Of a DNA stretch of 64,000 bases, positions 19,001 to 28,071 are shown piece by piece; the first letter of the stretch is position 1, and each line of letters begins with the position of its first letter. The stretch is from a virus, in the UHGV virus genome UHGV-0123226; one strand, written 5' to 3'. Both the position numbers and the translations under genes were made by a program. Under the pieces are notes generated by a model. That model did not search any database. It saw nothing but the letters and a program-made list of their open reading frames with translations, and had not been told where the DNA came from.

Positions 19001-19947
19001 ATAGTGCACTAAATGGTGTCTCTAGTGACTATAATAGTATTTTATCTAATGTTAATCAGGCTACCTCTGGTACTGCGAATGCTGTTGGCACTAATATGAA
19101 TCAAGCTACCCAACAAGCTTCTAGTGCCTCTAACCAAATGTTTCAAAATGTATCAAATAATACACAAAATATTAATAATAAATCTTCGCAAGACATTTCA
19201 CAGATGTCAAACAATGTAACGAAGTCCATGAACTCAATGAAGTCAAATGTGACAGGTACAATGAATAGTGTTGTTAGTACTATTAACGGGGGATTCAGTA
19301 GGATAAATTCTGCAAATACTCAAGCATTCAATTCAATGGCAAATAATGTTCAAAATGGTATGAATAGAATGAATAGTGCCGTTATGAATAGCATGAATTC
19401 AATGACAAGCATAATGATTTCTTCCACGAGTCGAATAAACTCCATTTTTAGTGGATTGACTTCAACGCTTTCTAATATCGGTTATAATGCAGGTATAGGT
19501 TTGAGAAATGGTTTAGCAAATTCTGCGGGTTCTATTTACGCAACTGCTAGTAATATAGCTAGTAACGTAGCCCGTACTATGAGGAAAGCACTGGATATTC
19601 ATTCGCCATCACGTGTTACCGATAAAATTGGGGGATTTGTTGGGATGGGTTTAGTTAACGGCATGTCAAGAATGCAAAAGCAAGTTGATAGACAAGCGTT
19701 AGCATATGCAACATCAATAAAATCACAAGAATATGAAGCAAATTCTGTTTTAACGGCGGATACTAGAAATGTCTCTAATAAGCTTTCTTCATCTATGAAT
19801 GAATTAAGCGAAGAAGTTAAAACTAGTCAATTACAAGAACCAGTATTTGAAGTTCATACCGAACTTGTTGGAGATAAAATATACACAATTGTTAAACAAA
19901 AAGAAGCAAGAAATCAAAATAAAGTTAATTTGGTTAACAAGAAATAG
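16033..19947 (+). CDS. tail tape measure protein
   Basis: 1304 aa, Ala/Gly-rich with hydrophobic segments and a long Asn/Ser-rich C-terminal region, in the canonical position. Confidence 0.9.
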   Translation: MAFEGAINAVIGADLSQYNAAMNKVSSIANKTMNDVANILQSGSMSTTQKVGQIMSKLADPMLNSVSKVLPQTVALFEKAGGGIQRVIAGIGEKIPQPIKKGMSAAKNAVVSSAKEMGAGLSQQTSIIGKAFSTVASKIPQPFKSAFKAVGSSASEISSKITTLGTNIGSKLTSAFNSAGSKASNALNKMVSGTNKAGSATDDLVKKIIGIGAAYAVAQKGISALSGGFKEIIGDLNQGSATWKTFNANMENIGKGKDEIASVKKELQDFATKTIYSASEMATTYSQLAAVGIKNTDKLVMGFGGLAAAAENPTQAMTTLSQQATQMAAKPMVQWQDFKLMLEQTPAGIAAVAKTMGMSTSEMVTAVQDGKIATQDFFDAITKTGTNETFSKMATEYKTVGQAMDGLKETITNKLQPAFDQLSQVGIEAVSKLTDKIGDFNMDKISAAVDVATNVLSHFINGTDLSKKSIDALKGAIQGLLPIAAVLGSALVVSKAAPAIASLSSGFSAFSGVLGGMVSGPFKMFSSGLTGLIGLIPKIGSSLSMASSVGMGALGGMTSAMGTIMQVALSAIGPAAILGLVIAGLGLINNQFGAQIDQLLNTVTTKGPEIITNLVNGITSQLPQLMQSGTELIAKLASAISTMIPIIIDSGMKIIGSLVQGVGQNAPSLINSALEVITSFLSSIASALPELLKMGMELLLNIVKGIIQNIPKIVESVKKILDSFVNSVMENLPQIIDTGIQILQNLIDGLTQLLPQILPVALNAILTLIQGLMDNIPKLLDGAVQIINSLCNFIVENLPMILDAAMQIIMALVNGIVENLPNIVSSGIQIIMTLIGTVIQMLPQIIAAGWDIIKALAGAILEAIPNVLKGAWDGIKNGFSNLWNTITGKSSETSSKVSNDATTTATNLSSSYGQASSNVANSMNNMNLNVGNLSTQASNNAINASNAAKDGTSSNYNLLATNVSGTMNNLNSVVSSNSTKAANAATKESNSALNGVSSDYNSILSNVNQATSGTANAVGTNMNQATQQASSASNQMFQNVSNNTQNINNKSSQDISQMSNNVTKSMNSMKSNVTGTMNSVVSTINGGFSRINSANTQAFNSMANNVQNGMNRMNSAVMNSMNSMTSIMISSTSRINSIFSGLTSTLSNIGYNAGIGLRNGLANSAGSIYATASNIASNVARTMRKALDIHSPSRVTDKIGGFVGMGLVNGMSRMQKQVDRQALAYATSIKSQEYEANSVLTADTRNVSNKLSSSMNELSEEVKTSQLQEPVFEVHTELVGDKIYTIVKQKEARNQNKVNLVNKK

Positions 19948-19958
19948 AGGAGGACACT

Positions 19959-20813
19959 ATGGACTTAAAAATAGAAAAGGAAAACTTATCTACAAGGATG
20001 TCCTCCCTAGGTGTCCTTGTGATAGATATTAATTCCACTAATTCTATTGTTGAAATTAATACTAAAAAAATAGACGGAACTAACCGAAGTCTATTTTTGG
20101 GAGCCACTCATAGTGAGAAAAAAATCACTGTGAGTGGTTATTATTATGTAGAAAATGAACTTCAAGATGAGTACATGAAAGATAAATTGAATGGTACTTT
20201 TGCAGACACAGAACCATTTTATATAACTAAAATGTATACTAATCAAAGCTTATATGGTTATGAGCGACCTGGAGAAAAGCAAGGTTTCGATATGTTGAGA
20301 GTTGATAAGCAACGTCAATATCATTATAGATATAAAGTGTTATTAGACGGAGAAATCAATTATGATTTTCAAGGCTTTAGTGATGTAGGCCTTCTATACG
20401 AAGTATCACTAACATTTAAGACGGTAGATTTACCATTTGGAATTACCATCCCTGATGATATAGAAATAACAAATTCTAAAATGATTGAATATCGCGGTAC
20501 TGTTCCTTGCAGTCAATTAGAATGGCCATGGAAAGTGCAAATTATTGCAAAAAAAAATTTAGGGGCTGAATTTAAATTATCTATTGATGAACGAGAGTTT
20601 AAGTATGTTGGTAAAAGAAATATTTTATCCGGCGATAAATTTTTGTTAGAAGGAACATCTTTCACTCTTAATGGTTTAAATATTAATGATCAGACAAATA
20701 TTGAATATTTTATTTTAAAGCCAAATGAGGTTGGTTTTATACCGTTTTCTACATCTTTTAACATTGGTGAAGTAGAAATAAATATATTGAATAAAGTTGA
20801 CTTATATAGATAA
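19959..20813 (+). CDS. distal tail protein (Dit)
   Basis: 284 aa directly after the tape measure gene. Confidence 0.65.
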   Translation: MDLKIEKENLSTRMSSLGVLVIDINSTNSIVEINTKKIDGTNRSLFLGATHSEKKITVSGYYYVENELQDEYMKDKLNGTFADTEPFYITKMYTNQSLYGYERPGEKQGFDMLRVDKQRQYHYRYKVLLDGEINYDFQGFSDVGLLYEVSLTFKTVDLPFGITIPDDIEITNSKMIEYRGTVPCSQLEWPWKVQIIAKKNLGAEFKLSIDEREFKYVGKRNILSGDKFLLEGTSFTLNGLNINDQTNIEYFILKPNEVGFIPFSTSFNIGEVEINILNKVDLYR

Positions 20814-20823
20814 GGAGTAAGTA

Positions 20824-22947
20824 GTGATGGTTCAATTCATAGATACAGATGGAAATACTTTTATTGCATTGGCAGATATATCTTTCGTTAGAAGCCTAAA
20901 TGGTGAAAAATCAATTAGCGGTACTATATATACTAATAATGATGTCCTTCACAGAATAGACAGAGGTTGGCAAGTAGAATTTGAAAATGAAAAATACTAT
21001 TTAACTTATGCCATGCCAACTGATTATGGAAATAATATTACTGTTGAATTTGATGCCATACATGAATTTTTCTTTAGAATGGGTAAATCATGCGTGTATG
21101 ATACTTTAAACGGTTCAAATACTGCAAAAGCTTATCTAGATTTTATTTTTAAAAACAGTGGTTTTACTTATTCACTAGCTGCTACTATACCAGCATTCGA
21201 AAAAGAAAATTTTGGAATGAAAAATAGATTAGCGTTATTTAATGACTTTATAAATAGTACTAACACTGAGTTTCAAATTATTGGTAATAACCTTTACATC
21301 GTTGACAAGATAGGCAGTGATTTATCAACGATTGTTCGTAAAGGTTTTAATATGCAAGAGTTAGGGTTAGAGCACAATATAAGTGATTTTGTTACGTATG
21401 CGAAAGGATTTGGGGCGTACAAAGACCCAAATGATGTTACTAAAGGAAGATTAATAGTTGAATATACCAGCCCATTAGCGGAAATTTATGGGAAGCTTGA
21501 GGCGGACCCAATTGTTGACGAACGCTATACTAAAGAAGATAGTTTTCTTGAACATTTAAAGGAAATTGTTGAATCTTCTTATAGTATCTCTGTTAATTTA
21601 ACCGTAGAAGATTTGAGAAAAGTCGGGTATCAATATGGGTTGCCTGAACCAGGAGATTACATTATGGCTGTTAATGAACAGTTAGGTTTTCAACAAAAAA
21701 TAAGAATTGTTGGAGTAACTGAGAATTTTAATGTTACTGGGGATTTAATTGAAAATAATATAACATGTAATTCACTAAACTTAGTTGATAAGAAGAACCA
21801 AGCTGATGCTAGTAACGCTCAATCATGGTCAGATATATCTAACGGAATAAAGCCTATTCCAAATGAATGGTTAACAGCAGCAATCCAGCAAGCAACTTCC
21901 GATTTAATCAATTCACAAACGGAAGTGAAATATGCCAAGACAGGTATTCTTGCCATTGATAAGAATGACTCAAATAAAATAGTTATATTAAACTCTGCGG
22001 GTATCGGAATTTCAACGGATGGGGGGAAAAGCTTCGAGAATGCAATAACTGCTAACGGAATAAACGCCTCTGCTATAAATACTGGAATTTTAAAAGCGAT
22101 AGCTATTGAAGGTGTAACAATTTCAGGTTCAGTTATTACATCCATCGGAAAAGACTTTTCTTTAAAAGAGGACAATGGGGCAATAACTTGGACGCGAAAT
22201 AGTGATGGAAAAGAAATATTTAAATTTTACACTACTTTAATTAATCAAAAAGAAGGAAATGTTAGATTAGATGTTTCAGACGAAGGTTCTTTTACGATAT
22301 TTAATAAAAAGCTTAATAAGGCATTTCTAACATTTTTTGGCGCAACAAATAATATGTCAGGATCTGCAAACTTAGATAACTTTTATGTTGTTGGTAATGG
22401 TCATAGTTTGAATTTTGCACCTGGGAGCTTTGGTTATTCTTCTACAGCTAGTAATAGTCCTAGTTTAAATGTGAGTAGCAATGGTTTTAGTATAGGGAAT
22501 AATGATACTAAAGTATTAGGATCATCTGGAGGAAGGATTAGTATATCCGCTACTTCTACAAGCTTCACAGGAAATCTTAGTGTTACTGGTTCCAAAAACT
22601 CTCTTGTGGATACACTGTCATACGGTCATCGACTGTTAAACGCCTACGAAACGCCAGAATATTATTTTGCTGACTATGGTAAAGCAATTACAGATTCTGA
22701 TGGTGAAATAAAAATAGATATTGAACCTATTTTTTTAGAAACGGTGAATACTGAAAGTGAAAATTATCATGTTATGTTAACTCCTTATAGTAAAGGAAAT
22801 ATATGGGTAGAAGAAACTAAAGAAAAATATTTTGTAGTCAAAAGCGACCCAGCGCTAATAGAATTTAGTTGGAACCTTGTTGCGTATCGAAAAGGTTATG
22901 AAGAGGTTAGACTGACACAACAAAAAGAGGAGGGTTATGAAACATGA
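20824..22947 (+). CDS. tail-associated protein (Tal-like)
   Basis: 707 aa following Dit. Confidence 0.65.
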   Translation: MMVQFIDTDGNTFIALADISFVRSLNGEKSISGTIYTNNDVLHRIDRGWQVEFENEKYYLTYAMPTDYGNNITVEFDAIHEFFFRMGKSCVYDTLNGSNTAKAYLDFIFKNSGFTYSLAATIPAFEKENFGMKNRLALFNDFINSTNTEFQIIGNNLYIVDKIGSDLSTIVRKGFNMQELGLEHNISDFVTYAKGFGAYKDPNDVTKGRLIVEYTSPLAEIYGKLEADPIVDERYTKEDSFLEHLKEIVESSYSISVNLTVEDLRKVGYQYGLPEPGDYIMAVNEQLGFQQKIRIVGVTENFNVTGDLIENNITCNSLNLVDKKNQADASNAQSWSDISNGIKPIPNEWLTAAIQQATSDLINSQTEVKYAKTGILAIDKNDSNKIVILNSAGIGISTDGGKSFENAITANGINASAINTGILKAIAIEGVTISGSVITSIGKDFSLKEDNGAITWTRNSDGKEIFKFYTTLINQKEGNVRLDVSDEGSFTIFNKKLNKAFLTFFGATNNMSGSANLDNFYVVGNGHSLNFAPGSFGYSSTASNSPSLNVSSNGFSIGNNDTKVLGSSGGRISISATSTSFTGNLSVTGSKNSLVDTLSYGHRLLNAYETPEYYFADYGKAITDSDGEIKIDIEPIFLETVNTESENYHVMLTPYSKGNIWVEETKEKYFVVKSDPALIEFSWNLVAYRKGYEEVRLTQQKEEGYET

Positions 22948-24416
22948 GCGATTTATTAAGATTTGATCTTTCAAAAAATTCTATCGGGCGACCAATTGTT
23001 TATGGTCGAGTCGGAGACGGAGAAAGTTTTTCAATGAGGGTTCAAATATTTAAAGATGGAGCTCCCTTTGACTTGACTGACTGGGTAGCTACTTTTGAAG
23101 GCGTAACTCATGAAGAAAGAACAAAAGTTTTTGATTCTGATGGAATAGAGATCACAAATGGAAAAAACGGGGAATTTACCTATACTTTCCCCAATATGGC
23201 ATTTGCTGTAGCTGGTTCATATGAACTAGCATATTTTTCTTTCATGAAGGATGACAAGAGAGAATCTACTGATGATTTTGAGATTACGGTTTATGGAAAT
23301 GCTGACATTGATGCAGAAGAAGCAAAAACTATAATTACTGAATACAACAAATTAGTTAAAGCTTTAAATGAAACTTATCAATCTGCATTAGAAAAAATAG
23401 ATACTGATTATGATGCAGTTGTTAAGCGAATTGAAACAATAAAAACAGAAATGAATACATTACAAACGCAAGTTGATAAAATAGTAAGTGATGCAGAAGG
23501 CCGTATTTCAAAGGTGGCTACAGATAGTGAAAACAAGATTAATCAGGCAGGAAAAACTGTAGAGACAAATATTACAGCAATTGGAAAAACAGTTACTGAT
23601 GCTATGAATGCAGCATTAGAAGAATTGCGAGCAGCAGACTTTTATACACGAACAGAATCAGATTCTCGTTATGTAAGTAAAACAGAGATGGAGAACGGAT
23701 CATTAGTTGCTAAAAAAACTGTGATTAAGGCGCAGGACTGGGATGAAATTTTAGACAAAGGAATTTACACCGTCTTCGGTGCTTCTGGCGCAAACCGGCC
23801 TTATTCGGGTGCAGTTTATGGTGCTTTAGTTGTATATGCAGATAATACATTCATCAATCAAACTTATATTTATAAAGGCGAAACGTATATTAGGAGTAGA
23901 CAAGGTAGTCCTGCTACTTGGACAACTTGGAACAAAATGATTGTTGATAATGGACAGTTTGACAAATTTGTATATAAACAATCAGGTTCTCCAGATACAA
24001 ATGTGGTAAGTCAACTTGAAGTAACGTGTATAAGGATTGGAAATGTTGTTACATGTCATATGCGTGTGAATGTGACAAAAGTTGATGTTGAACCGAAAAA
24101 TAATGTCTTGTTACAAATTCCAGAAGGATTCAGGGCTACTTATAACACTGGTGGTGAAGATATAGGGGCAATCTGGAATATCCCATTTACCGTTAACTCA
24201 ACTGCCCAACCTAGTGGCCAAAAAATAGTGAAAATGCATCTTGAACCAGGCAACGGGCTTTACCCAAATCGAGTGACCTTGATGTCAGGACAAACAGGGA
24301 ATCAATATGCAACTTGTACATGGACGACGGATGATCCATATCCAAAAATAGGAAAAGTTGGACTTGGTACTGTAGTTAAACTAACTGCTAAGAGTGATGG
24401 TTCATTTAGTTTGTAA
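22944..24416 (+). CDS. receptor-binding / tail fiber protein
   Basis: 490 aa with a central coiled-coil segment and a beta-rich C-terminus; last structural gene before lysis. Confidence 0.5.
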   Translation: MSDLLRFDLSKNSIGRPIVYGRVGDGESFSMRVQIFKDGAPFDLTDWVATFEGVTHEERTKVFDSDGIEITNGKNGEFTYTFPNMAFAVAGSYELAYFSFMKDDKRESTDDFEITVYGNADIDAEEAKTIITEYNKLVKALNETYQSALEKIDTDYDAVVKRIETIKTEMNTLQTQVDKIVSDAEGRISKVATDSENKINQAGKTVETNITAIGKTVTDAMNAALEELRAADFYTRTESDSRYVSKTEMENGSLVAKKTVIKAQDWDEILDKGIYTVFGASGANRPYSGAVYGALVVYADNTFINQTYIYKGETYIRSRQGSPATWTTWNKMIVDNGQFDKFVYKQSGSPDTNVVSQLEVTCIRIGNVVTCHMRVNVTKVDVEPKNNVLLQIPEGFRATYNTGGEDIGAIWNIPFTVNSTAQPSGQKIVKMHLEPGNGLYPNRVTLMSGQTGNQYATCTWTTDDPYPKIGKVGLGTVVKLTAKSDGSFSL

Positions 24417-24483
24417 CATATAAATTAATTTTATAAAAATCGTTTAGCAATAGCTAAGCATTTTTTATTTTGGGGGAATAATT

Positions 24484-24705
24484 TTGTCTAATGAAATAGT
24501 TGTTGCTGTAATAGGATTAGTAGGCAGTACAGTTGGTGCATTTATTGGAGTTGTAGCTAGTGCCAATTTGACAGCTTACAGGATTGAACAGCTAGAAAAG
24601 AAAGTAGAAAAACATAATGGGGTAATTGAAAGAACCTTTAAATTAGAAGGTCGAATGCAAGAAGCGGAACATGACATAATAGAATTGAAAGGAGCAAAAA
24701 AATGA
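24484..24705 (+). CDS. small membrane coiled-coil protein (holin-associated)
   Basis: N-terminal TM helix (VVAVIGLVGSTVGAFIGVVA) followed by a coiled coil; adjacent to the holin. Confidence 0.4.
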   Translation: MSNEIVVAVIGLVGSTVGAFIGVVASANLTAYRIEQLEKKVEKHNGVIERTFKLEGRMQEAEHDIIELKGAKK

Positions 24706-24905
24706 TTCTACCAGATAAGTATTATAAAATCATCAAATGGGGAGTACTAACCGTGCTTCCTGCTAGTTCTGTTTTAGTAGCAACTTTAGGCAAAGCCTAC
24801 GGTTGGCAACAAACAGATATGGTTGTTTTAACTATCAATGCTATTGCAACTTTTTTAGGAGTAGTAACAGGCGTGTCAGCATACAATTTAAAAGACAAGG
24901 AGTAA
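24702..24905 (+). CDS. holin
   Basis: 67 aa with two TM segments and a charged C-terminus; immediately precedes the endolysin. Confidence 0.7.
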   Translation: MILPDKYYKIIKWGVLTVLPASSVLVATLGKAYGWQQTDMVVLTINAIATFLGVVTGVSAYNLKDKE

Positions 24906-24909
24906 ACGA

Positions 24910-26211
24910 ATGAAAAAGAAAATTTTAGTAGGAGCGCTTGTCGCTCTATTTTTTATGCCTTTAAATGTATTAGCTGCAAGAGGCGATCAAGGTGTGGATT
25001 GGGCGATTTATCAAGGTGAACAAGGTCGCTTTGGCTATGCACATGATAAATTTACTATCGCTCAAATTGGCGGCTACAATGCTAGCGGTATTTATGAACA
25101 ATACACATATAAAACGCAAGTGGCAAGTGCTATTGCCCAAGGTAAACGTGCGCATACCTATATTTGGTATGACACTTGGGGAAACATGGACATTGCGAAA
25201 ACAACAATGGATTACTTTTTGCCACGTATTCAAACGCCTAAAAATTCCATCGTTGCATTAGATTTTGAACATGGAGCGTTGGCTAGTGTTCCAGATGGAT
25301 ATGGAGGATATGTAAGTTCAGATGCCGAAAAAGCAGCAAATACAGAGACAATTTTGTACGGTATGCGCAGAATCAAACAGGCTGGCTATACTCCAATGTA
25401 TTACAGCTATAAGCCATTTACACTAAATCATGTAAACTATCAACAAATCATCAAAGAGTTTCCTAACTCTTTATGGATTGCTGCGTATCCTATTGATGGT
25501 GTGTCACCAAATCCATTGTATGCTTATTTCCCAAGCATGGATGGTATTGGCATTTGGCAATTCACATCCGCTTATATTGCAGGTGGTTTAGATGGTAACG
25601 TAGATTTAACAGGAATTACGGATAGTGGTTATACAGATACAAATAAACCAGAAACGGATACGCCAGCAACAGATGCAGGCGAAGAAATTGAAAAAATACC
25701 TAATTCTGATGTTAAAGTTGGCGATACCGTCAAAGTGAAATTTAGTGTTGATGCTTGGGCAACTGGCGAAGCTATTCCAGATTGGGTTAAAGGAAACAGT
25801 TATAAAGTGCAAGAAGCAACTGGAAGCAGAGTATTGCTAGAAGGCATTTTGTCATGGATTAGCAAAGGTGATATTGAACTATTACCAGATGCAACAGTTG
25901 TCCCTGATAAGCAACCAGAAACAACACATATAGTTCAACATGGCGAAACATTATCAAGCATTGCTTACCAATACGGTACCGATTATCAAACTTTAGCTTC
26001 GTTAAATGGATTGGCTAATCCAAACCTTATTTACCCTGGACAAGTTTTGAAAGTAAATGGATCAGCAACAAGTAATGTTTACACAGTCCAGTTGGGTGAT
26101 AATTTATCAAGTATAGCGGCTAAACTTGGCACGACTTATCAAACATTGGCAGCTTTAAACGAATTAGCAAATCCTAACTTGATTTATCCGGGTCAAACGT
26201 TGAACTATTAA
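24910..26211 (+). CDS. endolysin: signal peptide + GH25 muramidase + 2x LysM
   Basis: N-terminal Sec-like signal ([22 protein letters not shown]), a GH25 core ([16 protein letters not shown]) and two C-terminal LysM repeats ([13 protein letters not shown]..., [13 protein letters not shown]...). Confidence 0.9.
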   Translation: MKKKILVGALVALFFMPLNVLAARGDQGVDWAIYQGEQGRFGYAHDKFTIAQIGGYNASGIYEQYTYKTQVASAIAQGKRAHTYIWYDTWGNMDIAKTTMDYFLPRIQTPKNSIVALDFEHGALASVPDGYGGYVSSDAEKAANTETILYGMRRIKQAGYTPMYYSYKPFTLNHVNYQQIIKEFPNSLWIAAYPIDGVSPNPLYAYFPSMDGIGIWQFTSAYIAGGLDGNVDLTGITDSGYTDTNKPETDTPATDAGEEIEKIPNSDVKVGDTVKVKFSVDAWATGEAIPDWVKGNSYKVQEATGSRVLLEGILSWISKGDIELLPDATVVPDKQPETTHIVQHGETLSSIAYQYGTDYQTLASLNGLANPNLIYPGQVLKVNGSATSNVYTVQLGDNLSSIAAKLGTTYQTLAALNELANPNLIYPGQTLNY

Positions 26212-26226
26212 GAAATAAGTAAAAGG

Positions 26227-26259
26227 CCTACTTCTCTTTGTGAGAGGTAGGTCTTTTTT
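26227..26259 (+). terminator. rho-independent terminator after the endolysin
   Basis: 10-bp stem CCTACTTCTC/GAGAGGTAGG followed by TCTTTTTTC. Confidence 0.75.
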
Positions 26260-26306
26260 CATTTATACTAATATATACATATCATTGAATGCTAAAAAAT
26301 TAAAAT

Positions 26307-26340
26307 TTGTCTTAAGTAAATTTTCAAGTTATGGTATACT
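26307..26340 (+). promoter_or_regulatory. promoter with extended -10 (TGgTATACT) for the membrane-protein gene
   Basis: TGGTATACT at 26332-26340, about 30 nt upstream of the RBS gggaaggag and a TTG start. Confidence 0.4.
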
Positions 26341-26371
26341 TTGCTGGTGAATATGGGAAGGAGCATAAAAT

Positions 26372-27742
26372 TTGAAGAAACATTCTAGGAAAATAAAAAA
26401 TAATAAAGAACTAACTTTACTGATTATAGGAATTTGGATTGTTTTTTTTCTTTTTAATATGTATATGCCGACAGTGAGAGCTGATGACTTAGTTTACGTA
26501 AATAGATTAGATAAATTAGGATATTTGGGTGCTTCAATAGAACATTATAAAACATGGAGTTCAAGAGTTATTATTGAATTATTCTTGATGTTTTTTTCTA
26601 AACACCTTATGTTATGGAAATTATTAAATTCAACGATAATGACAGGTTCTATAGTATTGCTTTGCAAATATGTTTTCAACAAGTTATATTCTAAAAATTT
26701 GCTACTAGTTTTTTCTATATTTTGTCTAATTCCTTTAACAATAATGGGGGAAACTGGTTGGATCGCTACTACGTTAAATTACCAATGGCCAGTAGCTTTT
26801 GGTTTGCTAGCTTTTTACCCTTTTTTTCAAGTGTTAAGCGGTAAAGAAATAAGCAAAAAAATATATTGTATAAGTATTCCTTTATTAATATTCTCTGCTA
26901 ACCAAGAGCAAGTTAACGTATGCTTTTTTGTTTTAACTAGTCTAGTAAGTTTGTATTTATTATTTAGAAGAAATTATAATTATAAGTTATCGGCGCTTTC
27001 CATAATAAGTTTAGTGGAATTATTTTTTTCTTTGACGGCCCCAGGGAACACATTGCGGGCTGCTCATGAAATTAATAAATGGTTTCCTGAATACAAAAAA
27101 TTTAACTTTGTGAATAAATTAGACCTTGGTATATCATCATTTGGAAAACCGTTTTTTTTAGACACGAATATTTTATTTTTATTACTCTTTTTTATATTAT
27201 TCTTTCTATCTTATAAGAAATGTCAGAACTATTATATACGTATATTAACCGCATTGCCGCTTTTTCTAAATTTGATTACTTTTTTCGGAAACACAATGGG
27301 ACAAAGTTTTACTTATGTCAATGGAAATAAAAGATCAATGATTTGGAATAGCAACAATCTGGGGAATATCTTTACAAGATTTGGAACTAAACTATCAATT
27401 TATCACCCTGGAACTTGGGTAGCTACTTTTATAGTTTTGGGATTATTATTATGTTTAATTATAGGAATTTATATAAGTTTTGATGATAAAAAATCTGCTG
27501 TTTTTTTAGTAGTGTTAATGATGATGGGTTTTTGTTCAAGATTAATTATGGGTTTTTCTCCTACTGTTTGGGCTTCAGGTATGCGAACGTACTATATACT
27601 TTTTATTGTCGTCGCTATAATAGTGTTAAAGGGAATTAACGAGATGAAGAAAAACATGAGCTTGCAAAAGAAAGAACTATTATCATTTAGTTTAACTTTA
27701 TTAGGTATCTGCACCTTAGTGTTAACGGTGCTGAATAGATAA
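26372..27742 (+). CDS. polytopic integral membrane protein (10 or more TM helices), AT-rich moron
   Basis: 456 aa, strongly hydrophobic throughout, lower GC than the flanking phage genes, own promoter and terminator. Lies between the prophage 1 lysis genes and the prophage 2 integrase. Confidence 0.6.
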   Translation: MKKHSRKIKNNKELTLLIIGIWIVFFLFNMYMPTVRADDLVYVNRLDKLGYLGASIEHYKTWSSRVIIELFLMFFSKHLMLWKLLNSTIMTGSIVLLCKYVFNKLYSKNLLLVFSIFCLIPLTIMGETGWIATTLNYQWPVAFGLLAFYPFFQVLSGKEISKKIYCISIPLLIFSANQEQVNVCFFVLTSLVSLYLLFRRNYNYKLSALSIISLVELFFSLTAPGNTLRAAHEINKWFPEYKKFNFVNKLDLGISSFGKPFFLDTNILFLLLFFILFFLSYKKCQNYYIRILTALPLFLNLITFFGNTMGQSFTYVNGNKRSMIWNSNNLGNIFTRFGTKLSIYHPGTWVATFIVLGLLLCLIIGIYISFDDKKSAVFLVVLMMMGFCSRLIMGFSPTVWASGMRTYYILFIVVAIIVLKGINEMKKNMSLQKKELLSFSLTLLGICTLVLTVLNR

Positions 27743-27748
27743 ATTAAA

Positions 27749-27788
27749 AGCTCTACTTCTCAATCACGGGAAGTAGAGCTTTTTTTTG
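27749..27788 (+). terminator. rho-independent terminator
   Basis: AGCTCTACTTC...GAAGTAGAGCT stem followed by a T8 run. Confidence 0.8.
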
Positions 27789-27982
27789 TTTATTCGGTAT
27801 GATTTATATATCTATTCGCTTGCCTTTTTTAATTTTTTGATGTAGATTTTATCTTGTTGTTATAGTCTATTTTGCTAATTTGAATTAAAATAATATTACG
27901 CAAACCCTTGTGAGTTCTAGTCTGTCTAAATATGGTGTTGCAGAAAAATTACACCGTGAAACTAAATAATTTATTTGAATAT

Positions 27983-28025
27983 AGCCTAGAATCCTTGCTT
28001 TATAAGGGTTCTAGGCTCTTTTTTT
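27983..28025 (+). terminator. orphan rho-independent terminator in the inter-prophage junction
   Basis: AGCCTAGAA..TTCTAGGCT stem followed by a T7 run; no upstream ORF. Confidence 0.5.
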
Positions 28026-28071
28026 GTTGTTAGGAATTTACTGATTTAGTTATTGATGTAGATTTGCTATT

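Noticed and set aside
24970-25261. ORFs 24970..25233 (-) and 24992..25261 (+) overlapping the endolysin gene, and their twin 61562..61849 (-)
   Set aside because: They lie entirely inside a well-supported GH25 coding region in other frames. They are artefacts of AT-rich sequence.
28012-28030. Shared GGCTCTTTTTTGTT at 28012-28030 and 62886-62899 as the attL/attR core of prophage 2
   Set aside because: Both copies are the 3' stem and T-tail of unrelated rho-independent terminators. The similarity is what any strong terminator tail would show, so it is not credible evidence for an att core.
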